A stretch of DNA of 41,399 nucleotides from the NCBI GenBank assembly GCA_017468095.1, contig JAFUJN010000125.1, forward strand, positions 1 through 41,399, read 5' to 3'. Shown one piece after another: positions 26,093 to 36,542 of this stretch. The notes under the pieces were generated by a model. That model was not told the origin of the DNA. It saw only the letters and a list, made by a program, of their open reading frames with translations, and made no database searches. The DNA is from Clostridia bacterium (GTDB lineage: Bacteria > Bacillota > Clostridia > UBA1381). A program made the translations under genes and the position numbers. Numbering within the stretch: the stretch's first letter is position 1; every line of letters starts with the position of its first letter.

Positions 26093-27196
26093 TTACAAAA
26101 TAAATTCGCACATAACCTGATTTGAAACGGAAATTGCCTTTTTTGTAAGACAAATTCTGTCGCCCTTTTCTTCTATCATTCCCATATTTTTGAATTTTGA
26201 TAATGGTTTTTCAAAAACTTTTTCCAAATCTTCCAAAAATCGCTTTGCAAATTCTGTTTTTGAAACGCCGTCCGTCATTCGAAGACCCAAAAACATAAAT
26301 TCGCTCATTTGGTCTTCTTTTGACAGGACTTCCTTTTCACCTGATAAAAATTCGCCTTTTATATAGGAAGAAAAGTCATCGGTATTGGAAAAACGAACAC
26401 CATCAAGGTAAGAATGTGCCGAAAGTCCGATGCCGATATATTCGTCGCATTGCCAGTATTTTTTATTATGAGCTGATTCAAATCCCGACTTTGCAAAGTT
26501 GGAAATTTCATACTGCAAATATCCGTGCTTTCCCATTTCACAAACCGCAATTTCATAAATTTCCCGCTCTGCATCTTCATCAGGAAGCACAAGGTTTCCC
26601 TTTTCGTTTTCGTCAAACAGTGGTGTGCCTTCTTCTAAAATCAGGCTATAGCAGGAAATGTGCTTTAAGCCAAAAGAAAATGCCTTTTCAAGATTTTGGC
26701 GAAAACTTTCTTTGGTCTGGTCAGGAATTGCGCACATAAGGTCAATGCTTATATTGTCAAAATACTTTTTTGCCAATGAGATGGTCTCTTCTGCCTCTAT
26801 CCCTGTATGAACTCTGCCCAAAGCCGAAAGCTCGTTATCGCAAAAGGATTGAACGCCGATTGAAAGACGGTTCACACCATATTTTTTCAAGGTTTCAAGC
26901 TTTTCTTCATCCAAGGTTTTTGGGTTTGCTTCAACCGTAAATTCGCAAGTACCCGCCAAAACAAAGGTGTTTTGGATATTTCCCAAAAGCTGCTTGAGCT
27001 GTTTAACCGAAAGGCTTGTTGGAGTTCCGCCACCGATAAAAACGGTGTCAACTGTTTCGCCACGATACTTTTCCATTTCCAAAATAAGCGCACCTAAATA
27101 AGCGTCTTTTTCCTTTTCGCAGGCGGAAAATGAATTAAAGTCGCAGTATTTACACTTTTTTATGCAAAACGGAATGTGAACGTATAAGCCTTTCAT
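26093..27196 (-). CDS. hemW: Radical SAM heme chaperone HemW (oxygen-independent coproporphyrinogen-III oxidase-like, HemN family)
   Basis: MKGLYVHIPFCIKKCKYCDF (CxxxCxxC). The ATG at 27196 is preceded by GGGAGA. The 10-codon extension to 27226 would run into the upstream terminator hairpin. Confidence 0.9.
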   Translation of the reverse strand: MKGLYVHIPFCIKKCKYCDFNSFSACEKEKDAYLGALILEMEKYRGETVDTVFIGGGTPTSLSVKQLKQLLGNIQNTFVLAGTCEFTVEANPKTLDEEKLETLKKYGVNRLSIGVQSFCDNELSALGRVHTGIEAEETISLAKKYFDNISIDLMCAIPDQTKESFRQNLEKAFSFGLKHISCYSLILEEGTPLFDENEKGNLVLPDEDAEREIYEIAVCEMGKHGYLQYEISNFAKSGFESAHNKKYWQCDEYIGIGLSAHSYLDGVRFSNTDDFSSYIKGEFLSGEKEVLSKEDQMSEFMFLGLRMTDGVSKTEFAKRFLEDLEKVFEKPLSKFKNMGMIEEKGDRICLTKKAISVSNQVMCEFIL

Positions 27197-27208
27197 ACCA
27201 ATCTCCCA

Positions 27209-27240
27209 AAAACAAAAGGACGGCATTTAGCCGTCCTTTA
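27209..27240 (-). terminator. Intrinsic terminator after the acidic zinc-ribbon gene
   Basis: Minus sense reads AAAGGACGGC-UAAAU-GCCGUCCUUU followed by UGUUUUU. Confidence 0.8.
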
Positions 27241-27248
27241 AATTTCAA

Positions 27249-27710
27249 TTATTCGTGACATCCGCAGTCGCAATCGTCGTCGCAATCGCAGTCACATTCA
27301 AATTCAAGCTGAATTTCCTGATTGCAGTTAGGGCAGATAATTCCCTTTTCTTCATCAAGTGCATCGAAGTCAATCATAACGTCTTCTTTGCAGTTTGGAC
27401 ATTCAATTTCGAAAAAGTCCATATCGTCATCAAAGTCGTCATCATCGAAGTCAAAATCGTCGTCATCGTCATAATCTTCGTCATCATCGCCGTATGCGAT
27501 ATCTTCGATGTCTGCAAGATCCTGATCGATTTCGTCAACCTTTTCTTCAAGTTCATCGTGTGCGTCAATAACATCATCGAGTGCTTCAGCAATATCCTTT
27601 AGAACATCAATAATGTTAACCAAAAGCTTGCCTTCAGGCTTCTTTTCGTCGATTGCAAGACCATCACAAAGACCCTTAAGATATGAAACTTTTGCTACTA
27701 AGTTTTCCAT
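27249..27710 (-). CDS. Extremely acidic zinc-ribbon protein with a Cys/Asp C-terminal tail (uncharacterised)
   Basis: 153 aa. Poly-Asp core GDDDEDYDDDDDFDFDDDDFDDDMDFF. Two CPNC pairs 22 residues apart. Terminal ECDCDCDDDCDCGCHE. GAAAGAGGA SD. Confidence 0.75.
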   Translation of the reverse strand: MENLVAKVSYLKGLCDGLAIDEKKPEGKLLVNIIDVLKDIAEALDDVIDAHDELEEKVDEIDQDLADIEDIAYGDDDEDYDDDDDFDFDDDDFDDDMDFFEIECPNCKEDVMIDFDALDEEKGIICPNCNQEIQLEFECDCDCDDDCDCGCHE

Positions 27711-27933
27711 ATTATATTCCTCTTTCCAAAACTAATTTAAACTGCTTTTTAGACTTATCTTCTAATTGAGCAAATGTCGTACGTTTGTATAACACAAACA
27801 ATCTTTTTTCACTCAATAATTTGACCAGTAAAATTGAGATATAAATTGTTCAGATTACTGTTTTGCAGCAAAGGTGCTGTACGCGTGTACCGCCCTTTGC
27901 GAAAAACGGTGAGCTGGGCAATTTTAGCCAATT

Positions 27934-28497
27934 TTAGCCCTTTACACGTTCCATATATTCGCCTGTACGTGTATCGATTCTGATAAGTTCGTTGTTGTCA
28001 ATGAATAGTGGAACCTGAATTGTTGCACCTGTTTCAAGAGTAGCAGGCTTTGTTGCACCAGTTGCTGTGTTACCTGCAAAGCCAGGCTCTGTTTCAACAA
28101 TCTGAAGTTCAACGAATGTTGGTGGTTCAATACCAAATACGTTACCCTTGTATGAAAGAATCATACATACCATGTTTTCCTTAACAAACTTTAGTGCATC
28201 GCCAATCTGGTCTTTGCTGATTGGAAGCATATCGTATGTTTCCTGATCCATAAAGTAGTAAAGATCACCATCACTGTATGAATATTCCATATTCTTCTTT
28301 TCAATGTGAGCTTCTTCAACCTTTTCAGTTGGTCTGAAAGTCTTTTCAACAACACCGCCTGTGATAACGTTCTTAAGCTTTGTTCTAACGAAAGCTGCAC
28401 CCTTACCAGGTTTTACGTGCTGAAATTCAACTACCTGATAAACGTTACCTTCAAACTCAAAAGTTTTTCCGTTTCTAAAATCTCCTGCTGTAATCAT
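27934..28497 (-). CDS. efp: Elongation factor P
   Basis: [43 protein letters not shown]. The ATG at 28497 is preceded by GGAGGA. The 5-codon extension to 28512 is rejected. Confidence 0.96.
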   Translation of the reverse strand: MITAGDFRNGKTFEFEGNVYQVVEFQHVKPGKGAAFVRTKLKNVITGGVVEKTFRPTEKVEEAHIEKKNMEYSYSDGDLYYFMDQETYDMLPISKDQIGDALKFVKENMVCMILSYKGNVFGIEPPTFVELQIVETEPGFAGNTATGATKPATLETGATIQVPLFIDNNELIRIDTRTGEYMERVKG

Positions 28498-28539
28498 ATA
28501 TTTTTCCTCCAAATTTATTTTTATATCTATACATCCTAT

Positions 28540-28568
28540 ATTGTAATATATTTTGGATAAAATTTCAA
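28540..28568 (-). promoter_or_regulatory. Sigma-A type promoter for efp
   Basis: Minus strand reads TTGAAA (28563-28568) - 17 nt - TACAAT (28540-28545). Confidence 0.5.
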
Positions 28569-28576
28569 GCCCTTTT

Positions 28577-29614
28577 TCAAAGAATAGTCAATTCTTTGCA
28601 AGTTTTTGTAAGATTTATGGCATTTTCGCCGACTGCAATCACGTCTTCAATACGAACACCGCCAAAACCGTCAATATAAATGCCAGGTTCAACGGTTATA
28701 ACGTTGCCCTTTTCCACGGTTTCATCAGACCTTGGCGCAAAATTCGGGCGCTCGTGGATTTCGATACCTACGCTATGCCCCAAGCTGTGACCAAAATTAT
28801 CGCCATAGCCTGCTTCCTTTATAATATTTCGTGCCACAGCATCAATTTCACTGCATTTAACGCCGGGTTTTATTGCCGAAATTGCCGCTTTTTGAGCTTT
28901 TAAAACCGTTTCGTAAATCTCACGTTGTCGCTCTGTGCATTTGCCGATAACCAGCGTTCTTGTCATATCAGAGCAATAACCATCCAACCTGCAACCGAAA
29001 TCAATGGTCACAAAATCGCCGATGCCGATAACCTTGTCCGTTGCAACGCCGTGGGGCATGCTTGACCTTTTTCCGCTTGCAACGATTGTGTCAAAGGATG
29101 TTCCCGATGCGCCGTTTTTTCGCATATAGAACTCAAGCTCTAAAGCCACTTCACGCTCTGTCATACCAAACCTGAAGTTGTCCAAAAGATTCTGGAACGC
29201 TCTGTCTCCCAAAGCTTCCGCCGCCGCAATTTTCTTGATTTCCGATTCGTCCTTTATCTTTCTCGGCCCTGAAATTATGTTGTTCATTGGCACAAGCTTT
29301 TTGCCGAACTTCTGGAAACTTGCAAGCTGGGATACCGTCACAATATTTTCTTCAAAGCCCAGAACATCGCAGTCTAAAAGGGACGCAATTTTTTCTACAC
29401 CTTCGCAAATATCACGGATTTCAAAATCACGGGCTTCAAGCCTTGCCTGAACGGTGTATCTTGAATCGGTAATCAAAATCTGCCTTTCGTGAGTGATAAA
29501 AACAAGGGCATCCTCCGATGTAAAGCCTGTATAGTAAAAAATATTGGCATATCCCGAAATCAAAACGCCTTCGTTATCCTTTAGGGCACTTCTTAACTTA
29601 TCGCATCTTGTCAT
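28577..29614 (-). CDS. M24B Xaa-Pro aminopeptidase/dipeptidase family protein
   Basis: 345 aa. DxD...[13 protein letters not shown]...E metal ligands. Conserved aroQ-pepP-efp neighbourhood. Confidence 0.9.
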   Translation of the reverse strand: MTRCDKLRSALKDNEGVLISGYANIFYYTGFTSEDALVFITHERQILITDSRYTVQARLEARDFEIRDICEGVEKIASLLDCDVLGFEENIVTVSQLASFQKFGKKLVPMNNIISGPRKIKDESEIKKIAAAEALGDRAFQNLLDNFRFGMTEREVALELEFYMRKNGASGTSFDTIVASGKRSSMPHGVATDKVIGIGDFVTIDFGCRLDGYCSDMTRTLVIGKCTERQREIYETVLKAQKAAISAIKPGVKCSEIDAVARNIIKEAGYGDNFGHSLGHSVGIEIHERPNFAPRSDETVEKGNVITVEPGIYIDGFGGVRIEDVIAVGENAINLTKTCKELTIL

Positions 29615-30036
29615 TTTACTAACATCTCCAAGCCTTCGATATAGCTGTCAAAGCCTTTTCCTGAAATCATTTCCACACAAGCAGGTGCAGTAACCGATGT
29701 TCTTCTGAACTCTTCGCGGGTACGAATATCCGAGATATGTACTTCAACGCAAGGTGTTGTAACTGACTTTATGGCATCGTGAATTGCGTAAGAATAGTGA
29801 GCATAAGCCCCTGGGTTCATCACAATTCCATCGTATTTTCCAAGTGTTTTCTGGATTTTGGTGCAGATTTCACCCTCACAGTTACTCTGGAAAAATTCCA
29901 CCCTAACTGCAAGCTTTCTCGCATAATCCCTGATATATTGGCACAAATCCTTATAAGTTCTGCTTCCATAAACCGCAGGCTCGCGGATTCCAAGCATATT
30001 AAGATTAGGGCCGTTTATTATGAGAATTTTTTTCAT
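29611..30036 (-). CDS. aroQ: Type II 3-dehydroquinate dehydratase
   Basis: 141 aa. [21 protein letters not shown]. 4-nt overlaps with both neighbours. Confidence 0.95.
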   Translation of the reverse strand: MKKILIINGPNLNMLGIREPAVYGSRTYKDLCQYIRDYARKLAVRVEFFQSNCEGEICTKIQKTLGKYDGIVMNPGAYAHYSYAIHDAIKSVTTPCVEVHISDIRTREEFRRTSVTAPACVEMISGKGFDSYIEGLEMLVK

Positions 30037-31070
30037 AGCTTTTCTATCTCCTCCATAAGTGCAGGGATGATTTCATCTTCCTTAACTTTTCGTAAAATCT
30101 CGCCTTTTTTGAAGATAAGGCCTTCGCCGACTCCGCCTGCAACGCCGATATCCGCTTCTCTTGCTTCACCGGGTCCGTTTACGGCACAGCCCATAACTGC
30201 CACCTTAATGTCCTTATCAATATCGCGAAGACGCTTTTCCATTTCTTCGGCGATTGGTATCATATCAATTTGTGTTCTTCCGCAGGTTGGGCAGGAAATA
30301 AGCTCTGCGCCTTGTTTTCTGATACCTAAAACTTTCAAAATTTCCTTTGCAGCATAAATTTCGCTGGCAGGGTCAGCGGTAAGGGAAACTCGCATAGTGT
30401 TGCCTATTCCCTGTGACAAAAGTGCGCCAATTCCAACGGCGGACTTCACCATTCCCGCTTGCTTTGTTCCCGCTTCGGTAACGCCTACGTGAAGCGGAAT
30501 ATCGCTGATTTTATCAAACTTTCGGTAGGCTTCAAGCATTGTTGGCACATCCGAAACCTTGATGGAAACAACAATATCGCCAAAATCCAAATCTTCTAAA
30601 ATTTTAACGTGAGAAAGGGCGCTTTCAACCAAAGCATCAGCTGTTGGTTTGCCGTATTTTTTAAGAAGTTCCTTTTCCAAAGAACCACCGTTTACGCCAA
30701 TTCGGATTGGAATATTGCGTTCACGGCAAGCATCCGCAACTGCTTTCACCTTTTCTCTATCCCCGATGTTGCCTGGGTTAATTCTCACCTTGTCAACACC
30801 GTTTTTTATGCACTCTAAAGCCAGGCGATAGTCAAAATGAATATCGCTTACAAGTGGTATTTTTATCTGTTTTTTTATTTCGCCAACCGCCTTTGCCGCT
30901 TCCATATCGGGAACGGCTACACGAATAATCTGGCATCCCGCAGTTTCCAAACGTCTTATCTGGCTTACTGTTTCCGCCACATTTCTTGTGTCGGTATTGG
31001 TCATAGACTGAATTGAAATCGGTGCTATCCCACCAATTTTAACACCGCCTACTGTTACTTCTCTTTTCAT
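30033..31070 (-). CDS. ispG: 4-hydroxy-3-methylbut-2-en-1-yl diphosphate synthase (flavodoxin), IspG/GcpE
   Basis: 345 aa. [10 protein letters not shown]-terminal Fe-S cysteines CPTCGR...GCAVNGPGE. Confidence 0.96.
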   Translation of the reverse strand: MKREVTVGGVKIGGIAPISIQSMTNTDTRNVAETVSQIRRLETAGCQIIRVAVPDMEAAKAVGEIKKQIKIPLVSDIHFDYRLALECIKNGVDKVRINPGNIGDREKVKAVADACRERNIPIRIGVNGGSLEKELLKKYGKPTADALVESALSHVKILEDLDFGDIVVSIKVSDVPTMLEAYRKFDKISDIPLHVGVTEAGTKQAGMVKSAVGIGALLSQGIGNTMRVSLTADPASEIYAAKEILKVLGIRKQGAELISCPTCGRTQIDMIPIAEEMEKRLRDIDKDIKVAVMGCAVNGPGEAREADIGVAGGVGEGLIFKKGEILRKVKEDEIIPALMEEIEKL

Positions 31071-31088
31071 TAAGGATTCCTCCTCATT

Positions 31089-32234
31089 TTATCCAAGTAT
31101 TCTCAAAATATCGTTAAAGCACACAACCACGGCAAGTGCCAGAAGTAGCATCAAGCCAACTGTGTGCACAATTCCCTCTTTTTCAGGCGGAATAGGTTTT
31201 CCGCGAACAAGTTCAATCAGCATAAAGAATAATCTTCCGCCGTCAAGTGCCGGTAGTGGCAACAGGTTAAATATTCCAAGGTTTATGGTGAGCATTGCCA
31301 CAATCAGAATAATGTTTATTCCGGTATACTCCCCTGATTTTACCGCTCCGTCCACAATCTGCGCAACACCCACAGGTCCTGATACGTTGTCAAGCCCCGC
31401 CCTTCCTGTTATGAGCTTACCGAAGGTAGAATAAATATTTTTTGTCATATATACTGTATAGTTCCACGCCTGTGGAATAACGTTAAAGGCTGTAACTTCA
31501 ACCTTTTTCGGCTCAAACCCGATTATAAGTCTTGTGGTTGTAAACGTCTCGCCTACATAACTGTCAGGAACTTTGGTGTCGCCAAATTCCTGACGATAGC
31601 TGTTCTCCTTGCCGTTTATTATGTCCACAACGTCGGCATAATTCTCGCCATAGGTTACGCGTGTTTCAGCTTCTGATGGCTTTAGTGTAAAATCAAGCTT
31701 TTCGCCATTTCTTTTAACCGTTAAATCAAATTCGCTATCCTTTGTAAATTCCTGTGTATATAATGAAATATCGTTATAGAAATTCACCTTGTGACCGTTA
31801 ATTGCAACAATCTTATCGCCGGCATAAACTCCAACTTCTGAAAGGTATGAACGCTCATCCACCTTTTCGATTGTGTTTGACGAAAACGGACTTGTCATAC
31901 TGACAAAAACCACAAAAAGCACAAAGCCTAAAATAAGATTCAGGATTGCGCCGGCTGAAACAATAAGTATTCTCTTCCACAATTTCTGGTTACAAAAAGC
32001 ACCCTCGTTATCACTTCCGCCGTCTTCGCCATCTAAGCTGCAATATCCGCCAATAGGAAAAGCTCGCAGGGAATAAAGGGTTTCCTTGCCCTGCTTTTTA
32101 AAGATGGCAGGGCCCATTCCTATTGCAAATTCAAGGACATTTACCTTTAGCATCTTTGCCACGATAAAATGCCCGAATTCGTGCAAGGTTATCATCACAA
32201 GAAAAATTAAAAGTGTTACCAAAGCTGTAACCAA
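31089..32234 (-). CDS. rseP: RIP (site-2) zinc metalloprotease RseP/RasP
   Basis: HEFGHF motif in TM1. PDZ domain. C-terminal NLLPLPALDGG. TTG start lies 8 nt after AGGAG. Confidence 0.9.
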   Translation of the reverse strand: MVTALVTLLIFLVMITLHEFGHFIVAKMLKVNVLEFAIGMGPAIFKKQGKETLYSLRAFPIGGYCSLDGEDGGSDNEGAFCNQKLWKRILIVSAGAILNLILGFVLFVVFVSMTSPFSSNTIEKVDERSYLSEVGVYAGDKIVAINGHKVNFYNDISLYTQEFTKDSEFDLTVKRNGEKLDFTLKPSEAETRVTYGENYADVVDIINGKENSYRQEFGDTKVPDSYVGETFTTTRLIIGFEPKKVEVTAFNVIPQAWNYTVYMTKNIYSTFGKLITGRAGLDNVSGPVGVAQIVDGAVKSGEYTGINIILIVAMLTINLGIFNLLPLPALDGGRLFFMLIELVRGKPIPPEKEGIVHTVGLMLLLALAVVVCFNDILRILG

Positions 32235-32238
32235 AACA

Positions 32239-33387
32239 TCAACTCCTATTATATACTATCTCTCTTGCAAATTTGTCTGCTTCCAAAATCTGCTCTACTG
32301 TTGGATTTTCGATATTTTTAACCTTTTCCATAGCATCTGCTATTGAGTCTGTAATTTCAAGGTATCCGATTTTCTTTTTAAGGAACAGCTCAACTGCCAC
32401 TTCGTCGGCGGAGTTAAATACTGTCGGCAAAATTCCGCCTTCTCTTCCTGCTTTTTTGGCAAGCTCTAATGCATAGAACGTGTCTGTATCAGGATGCGCA
32501 AATGTAAGCTCCCCATATTTTGTAAGGTCAAGCTCATTTCCGCTCATAGGTAAGCGGTCAGGGTATGTTAAGGCATACTGTATCGGAAGCTTCATATCAG
32601 GAGTTCCAAGCTGTGCCATAACCGCATTGTCATCATACATGACCGCAGAATGAAGTATGCTCTGGCGGTGCACCAAAACTTCAATCTGGTCAATATCTAC
32701 GTCGAAAAGCCACTTCGCTTCAATAACTTCAAGTCCCTTGTTTACCAAGGTTGATGAGTCGATTGTGACTTTAGCGCCCATATCCCAGTTAGGATGCTTT
32801 AGTGCCTGCTCCGGTGTTATATCCGAAAGCTCCGCTCTTGTTTTTCCAAAAAACGGTCCGCCGGATGCGGTTAAAAGTATCTTTTTTATCTTTTTAGGGT
32901 TTCCCTGAAGTGACTGGAAAATTGCGGAATGTTCGCTGTCAACAGGAAGAATTTTTATCCCTTTTTCTCTTGCCAAGCGGGTTACGATATGTCCGCCTGT
33001 AACAAGGGTTTCCTTGTTGGCAAGTGCAATATTTTTGCCCGATTCTATTGCCGCAATGGTTGGAAGAAGTCCTGAAATTCCAACAACCGCAGTAACAACG
33101 GTGTCTGCACCTGCTACTGTTGCGGCTTCAATTAGTCCATCTTCTCCTGATACAATACGGCAATCGGTGTCCGCCACCTTTGTTTTAAGCTCACTTGCCG
33201 CTTTTTCGTCGGTAACACAGGCAAGCTTTGGCTTAAATTCACGGATTTGTTCTTCCAAAAGCTTTATGTTGGAATGTGCGGTAATTGCTTTCACCGAAAT
33301 TCCCGGATATGCCCTTGCAACTGAAAGGGTCTGGGTTCCGATTGAGCCTGTTGACCCTAATATTGATATATTATGTTCAAAATTCAT
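32239..33387 (-). CDS. dxr: 1-deoxy-D-xylulose-5-phosphate reductoisomerase
   Basis: ISILGSTGSIGTQTL NADPH-binding motif. The start is taken at the second ATG of ATGATG (7 nt after GAGG). 33390 is equally possible. The extension to 33420 overlaps cdsA and is rejected. Confidence 0.93.
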   Translation of the reverse strand: MNFEHNISILGSTGSIGTQTLSVARAYPGISVKAITAHSNIKLLEEQIREFKPKLACVTDEKAASELKTKVADTDCRIVSGEDGLIEAATVAGADTVVTAVVGISGLLPTIAAIESGKNIALANKETLVTGGHIVTRLAREKGIKILPVDSEHSAIFQSLQGNPKKIKKILLTASGGPFFGKTRAELSDITPEQALKHPNWDMGAKVTIDSSTLVNKGLEVIEAKWLFDVDIDQIEVLVHRQSILHSAVMYDDNAVMAQLGTPDMKLPIQYALTYPDRLPMSGNELDLTKYGELTFAHPDTDTFYALELAKKAGREGGILPTVFNSADEVAVELFLKKKIGYLEITDSIADAMEKVKNIENPTVEQILEADKFAREIVYNRS

Positions 33388-33400
33388 CATTATACCTCTA

Positions 33401-34180
33401 TTAAATGCCGAAATATACAATCATGAAGAAAACATAAGGTGCTGCGAAAAGCACGCTGTCAAAACGGTCCATAAGTCCGCCGTGACCAGGAAGAAGTGTG
33501 CCGTAATCCTTTTTGCCAAAATCTCTCTTAATGCAGGATGCAACCAAATCTCCAACCTGAGCTACGATTGAGCCAAGTCCGCCAACTATTGCATACTTTA
33601 TCATACCATACACATAGAAGTTGCCGTATAAAATCAATCCATATACAACAGTTGCAATCATAGCAATTATAATTCCGCCGATTGCGCCTTCGATTGTCTT
33701 TTTCGGGCTCATTTCCGGTGCAAGCTTATGCTTTCCAAGGAAGTAACCTGTAAAATATGCACCTGTATCGGTAGCCCAAGCAATAATAAACGGCAAAAGT
33801 AGTGCAAAAATGTTAAAGTTTGCTCTTAGCATAACTAATGAAAGAACTGCACTTGTAATAAAAATTGTTACCATTCCCAAAGGTAAAGTTTCTTTTGAGT
33901 TGCTCTTTTTCCAGAAGAAAACCATAGCTGTCATAAAAAGGAAAATTGCTCCGTAAAGTGCCATACCAATTCTGCCAACAGCAAACAGGCCGAACATAAT
34001 AATTTCCGCCAAAATTCCCACAATCTGAAGTTGCCATTTTGCATCCATTACACGGTAGGTTTCATACAAAAGCCCTGTGCATACCAAGAAAAGTGCAGCA
34101 TACAAAACGATAGGCGGTGCGATAATTGCCGCCGCAAACAGTACAATTCCTACAATTCCGGTTAAAATTCTTGTTAACAT
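33401..34180 (-). CDS. cdsA: Phosphatidate cytidylyltransferase
   Basis: Signature GDLVASCIKRDFGKKDYGTLLPGHGGLMDRFDS. Polytopic membrane protein. Confidence 0.95.
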   Translation of the reverse strand: MLTRILTGIVGIVLFAAAIIAPPIVLYAALFLVCTGLLYETYRVMDAKWQLQIVGILAEIIMFGLFAVGRIGMALYGAIFLFMTAMVFFWKKSNSKETLPLGMVTIFITSAVLSLVMLRANFNIFALLLPFIIAWATDTGAYFTGYFLGKHKLAPEMSPKKTIEGAIGGIIIAMIATVVYGLILYGNFYVYGMIKYAIVGGLGSIVAQVGDLVASCIKRDFGKKDYGTLLPGHGGLMDRFDSVLFAAPYVFFMIVYFGI

Positions 34181-34923
34181 TATTTTACTCCTCCGTATCT
34201 TCTGTCTCTTTTTTGATATTCTAAAATAGCGTCGTATAAGTCGCTTATTGAAAAATCAGGCCACAAGGTTTCGGTATAGTAAAGCTCCGAATAGGATGCC
34301 TGCCACATCATAAAGTTTGAAAGTCTCTGCTCGTTGCTGGTTCTTATGATAAGGTCAGGGTCAGGCTGTCCGCCTGTGTAAAGCTCACTTGATATTGCAT
34401 CTGCGCTAATATCTTCCACAGATATTTCGCCGTTTTTAACTTTTTCCGCAAGGTTTTGGGTTGCACGGACAAGCTCTTCACGGCTACCGTAATTTAATGC
34501 AATATTCATAACGATTCCGTCATTTTTGCTTGTAAAGGCTTCCGTCTTTTTAATCTGCTCCTGCATTTCGCTTGAAAGCTCTGTGCGTGAGCCAATGGCA
34601 CGGATTCGCACATTTTCTCCTGCAAGAGTACGCTCTGCATCAAGAAGATAACTCATAAGTAAGTTCATTAAAAAGTCAACTTCTGCCTGTGGGCGTTTCC
34701 AGTTTTCCGTTGAAAAAGCGTATACGGTTATATACTTTATCCCCATTTTGTTACACTCGGTAACAATCTTTTTCAAGGTATCCGCTCCTGCCTGATGCCC
34801 TGCGCTTCGCGGAAGTCCGCGTTTTTTTGCCCAGCGTCCGTTTCCGTCCATAATAACGCCGATATGGACAGGCAAGCGGGTCATATCAATTTCAGCTTTC
34901 TTCTTTTTCCTGTTAAAAAACAT
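34180..34923 (-). CDS. uppS: Isoprenyl transferase (undecaprenyl-diphosphate synthase)
   Basis: HIGVIMDGNGRWA. YAFSTENWKRP. RTSNEQRLSNFMMWQ. Confidence 0.96.
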   Translation of the reverse strand: MFFNRKKKKAEIDMTRLPVHIGVIMDGNGRWAKKRGLPRSAGHQAGADTLKKIVTECNKMGIKYITVYAFSTENWKRPQAEVDFLMNLLMSYLLDAERTLAGENVRIRAIGSRTELSSEMQEQIKKTEAFTSKNDGIVMNIALNYGSREELVRATQNLAEKVKNGEISVEDISADAISSELYTGGQPDPDLIIRTSNEQRLSNFMMWQASYSELYYTETLWPDFSISDLYDAILEYQKRDRRYGGVK

Positions 34924-34943
34924 AAGTTTTACCTCATATATGC

Positions 34944-34987
34944 ATAAAAAGGGTCGCTTACAAAAAGTTCTTTTGAAAGCAACCCTC
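34944..34987 (-). terminator. Intrinsic terminator or attenuator after frr
   Basis: Minus sense reads GGGUUGC...GCGACCC, with an inner AAAAG/CUUUU helix, followed by UUUUUAU. A G.U pair forms only in the minus sense (C.A in the plus sense). Confidence 0.55.
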
Positions 34988-34998
34988 CTTAAAATCTA

Positions 34999-35550
34999 TT
35001 ATACTTCAAGTGTTTCCTTTTCCTTTGCGCTGGTTATATCATCAATTTCCTTGATATATTTATCTGTAAGGTTCTGGATATCCTTTTCGATACCCTTTAA
35101 ATCGTCTTCTGTAATTTCAGAAGCCTTCTGCTTTTTCTTAAAATCGTCCATAGCATCACGGCGCACGTTTCTAACCTGCACTTTTGCTTCTTCTGAATAC
35201 TTTTTAACTGTTTTAACAAGTTCTTTTCTTCGCTCTTCAGTTAGCGGTGGGAAGTTAAGTCTTATTACCTTACCATCGTTCTGAGGTGTGATACCGATTT
35301 CTGACTTGTTGATTGCCTTTTCGATTTCGCCCAAAATTGACGCATCCCAAGGCTGGATAACAAGCATTCTTGGTTCTGGTGTTGAAATTGAACCAATCTG
35401 TGCGATAGGTGTTACAGCACCATAGTATTCAACTGTAACTTTATCAAGAACAGATGCATTAGCTCCTCCTGCTCTTATAGTTTTAAGTTCAGAGTGAAAA
35501 CCCTCAACTCTTTTATTCATTCTGTCTTCATATTCTGGATAGTTTGCCAT
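34999..35550 (-). CDS. frr: Ribosome recycling factor
   Basis: 183 aa. [32 protein letters not shown]. Confidence 0.96.
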   Translation of the reverse strand: MANYPEYEDRMNKRVEGFHSELKTIRAGGANASVLDKVTVEYYGAVTPIAQIGSISTPEPRMLVIQPWDASILGEIEKAINKSEIGITPQNDGKVIRLNFPPLTEERRKELVKTVKKYSEEAKVQVRNVRRDAMDDFKKKQKASEITEDDLKGIEKDIQNLTDKYIKEIDDITSAKEKETLEV

Positions 35551-35569
35551 AATTTCACTTCCCTTTCTA

Positions 35570-36289
35570 TTATCTTGTTCCGTCCTTTGTTACCAAAGTA
35601 CCTATTTTTTCGCCACTAACGGCTTTGATTATATTTTCTGGGTCATCAAGTCCGAATACCAGAATCGGCATATTATTGTCTCGGCACATTGATGCTGCAG
35701 TTGAGTCCATAACGCCAAGCTCTTTTGATAGGATATCGTTAAAAGAAAGTGCGTCAAACTTCTTTGCATCAGGGTTTATGTTAGGGTCAGAGTCATAAAC
35801 TGCGTCTACCTTTTTTGCAAGCAGGATTACATCAGCTTCTGTTTCAATAGCACGAAGTGCCGCTGCTGTATCTGTTGACATGAACGGGTTTCCTGTTCCT
35901 GCACCAAAGATTACAACTCTGCCTTTTTCTAAGTGACGAGTTGCCTTTAGTCTTATATAAGGCTCTGCAATCTGTCTCATTTCAATAGCTGTTTGTACTC
36001 TTGTATCAACTCCACAGCTTTCAAGCTCGGAGCAAAGACCCAATGCGTTTATGCAGGTTGCAAGCATTCCCATATGGTCAGCTCTTGTTCTGTCCATATC
36101 ACCGCCGGATCTTCCGCGCCAGATGTTTCCGCCGCCAACAACGATAGAAACCTGAACGCCCATATCCACTACCTTTTTAATATTCTCGCATATTCTATGC
36201 ATTGTAGGAACGTCAAGACCATAGCCTTTATCGCCGGCTAAAGCCTCACCGCTTACCTTTAAGAGTACCTTTTTATATTTTGCAGTCAT
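35570..36289 (-). CDS. pyrH: UMP kinase
   Basis: 239 aa. [41 protein letters not shown]. Confidence 0.96.
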   Translation of the reverse strand: MTAKYKKVLLKVSGEALAGDKGYGLDVPTMHRICENIKKVVDMGVQVSIVVGGGNIWRGRSGGDMDRTRADHMGMLATCINALGLCSELESCGVDTRVQTAIEMRQIAEPYIRLKATRHLEKGRVVIFGAGTGNPFMSTDTAAALRAIETEADVILLAKKVDAVYDSDPNINPDAKKFDALSFNDILSKELGVMDSTAASMCRDNNMPILVFGLDDPENIIKAVSGEKIGTLVTKDGTR

Positions 36290-36346
36290 TTTTGACCCTC
36301 CGTATTGTTATATTTAGTTTTAGCCAAATTTTGCAACAGGTTGCAA

Positions 36347-36492
36347 AGCTAAATTACCTCATTTCATTCGGTAGCTAAATAACTCCTCTGGAGTAGCTAA
36401 ATTAAATTCGCCATTTAACTGCCGAAGGCAATTTAGCTACGAAGTAATTTAGCGTGTCCTGACACATTTAACTCGCGTTAGCGAATTTAGCT
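36347..36492. repeat. Three direct plus three inverted copies of AGCTAAATT (nested inverted repeats) in the pyrH 5' leader
   Basis: Plus-strand AGCTAAAT(T) copies at 36347, 36373 and 36395. ATTTAGC(T/G) copies at 36431, 36448 and 36485. The innermost pair GTAGCTAAATT (36393-36403) / AATTTAGCTAC (36430-36440) is a perfect 11 bp. Confidence 0.85.
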
Positions 36493-36513
36493 GAATTCAA
36501 CTTCGTTGGATTC

Positions 36514-36542
36514 ATTATACCATTAATTTGGTTTTCTTGCAA
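36514..36542 (-). promoter_or_regulatory. Sigma-A promoter (extended -10) giving a ~218-nt leader before pyrH
   Basis: Minus strand reads TTGCAA (36537-36542) - 17 nt ending in TGg - TATAAT (36514-36519). Confidence 0.6.

Noticed and set aside
29779-30357. 192-aa plus-strand ORF antisense to aroQ/ispG, and similarly 33014..33571 (185 aa) antisense to dxr/cdsA
   Set aside because: They are Ser/Ile/Pro/Ala-rich shadow ORFs opposite strongly supported genes, with no SD or promoter.
36383-36393. PyrR-binding loop in the pyrH leader (minus sense CUCCAGAGGAG, resembling the UCCAGAGAGG core I remember)
   Set aside because: It is only a partial match recalled from memory. It lacks the surrounding anti-antiterminator and terminator architecture of PyrR attenuators, and no terminator follows. 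This is worth a cmscan check but is not supportable here.
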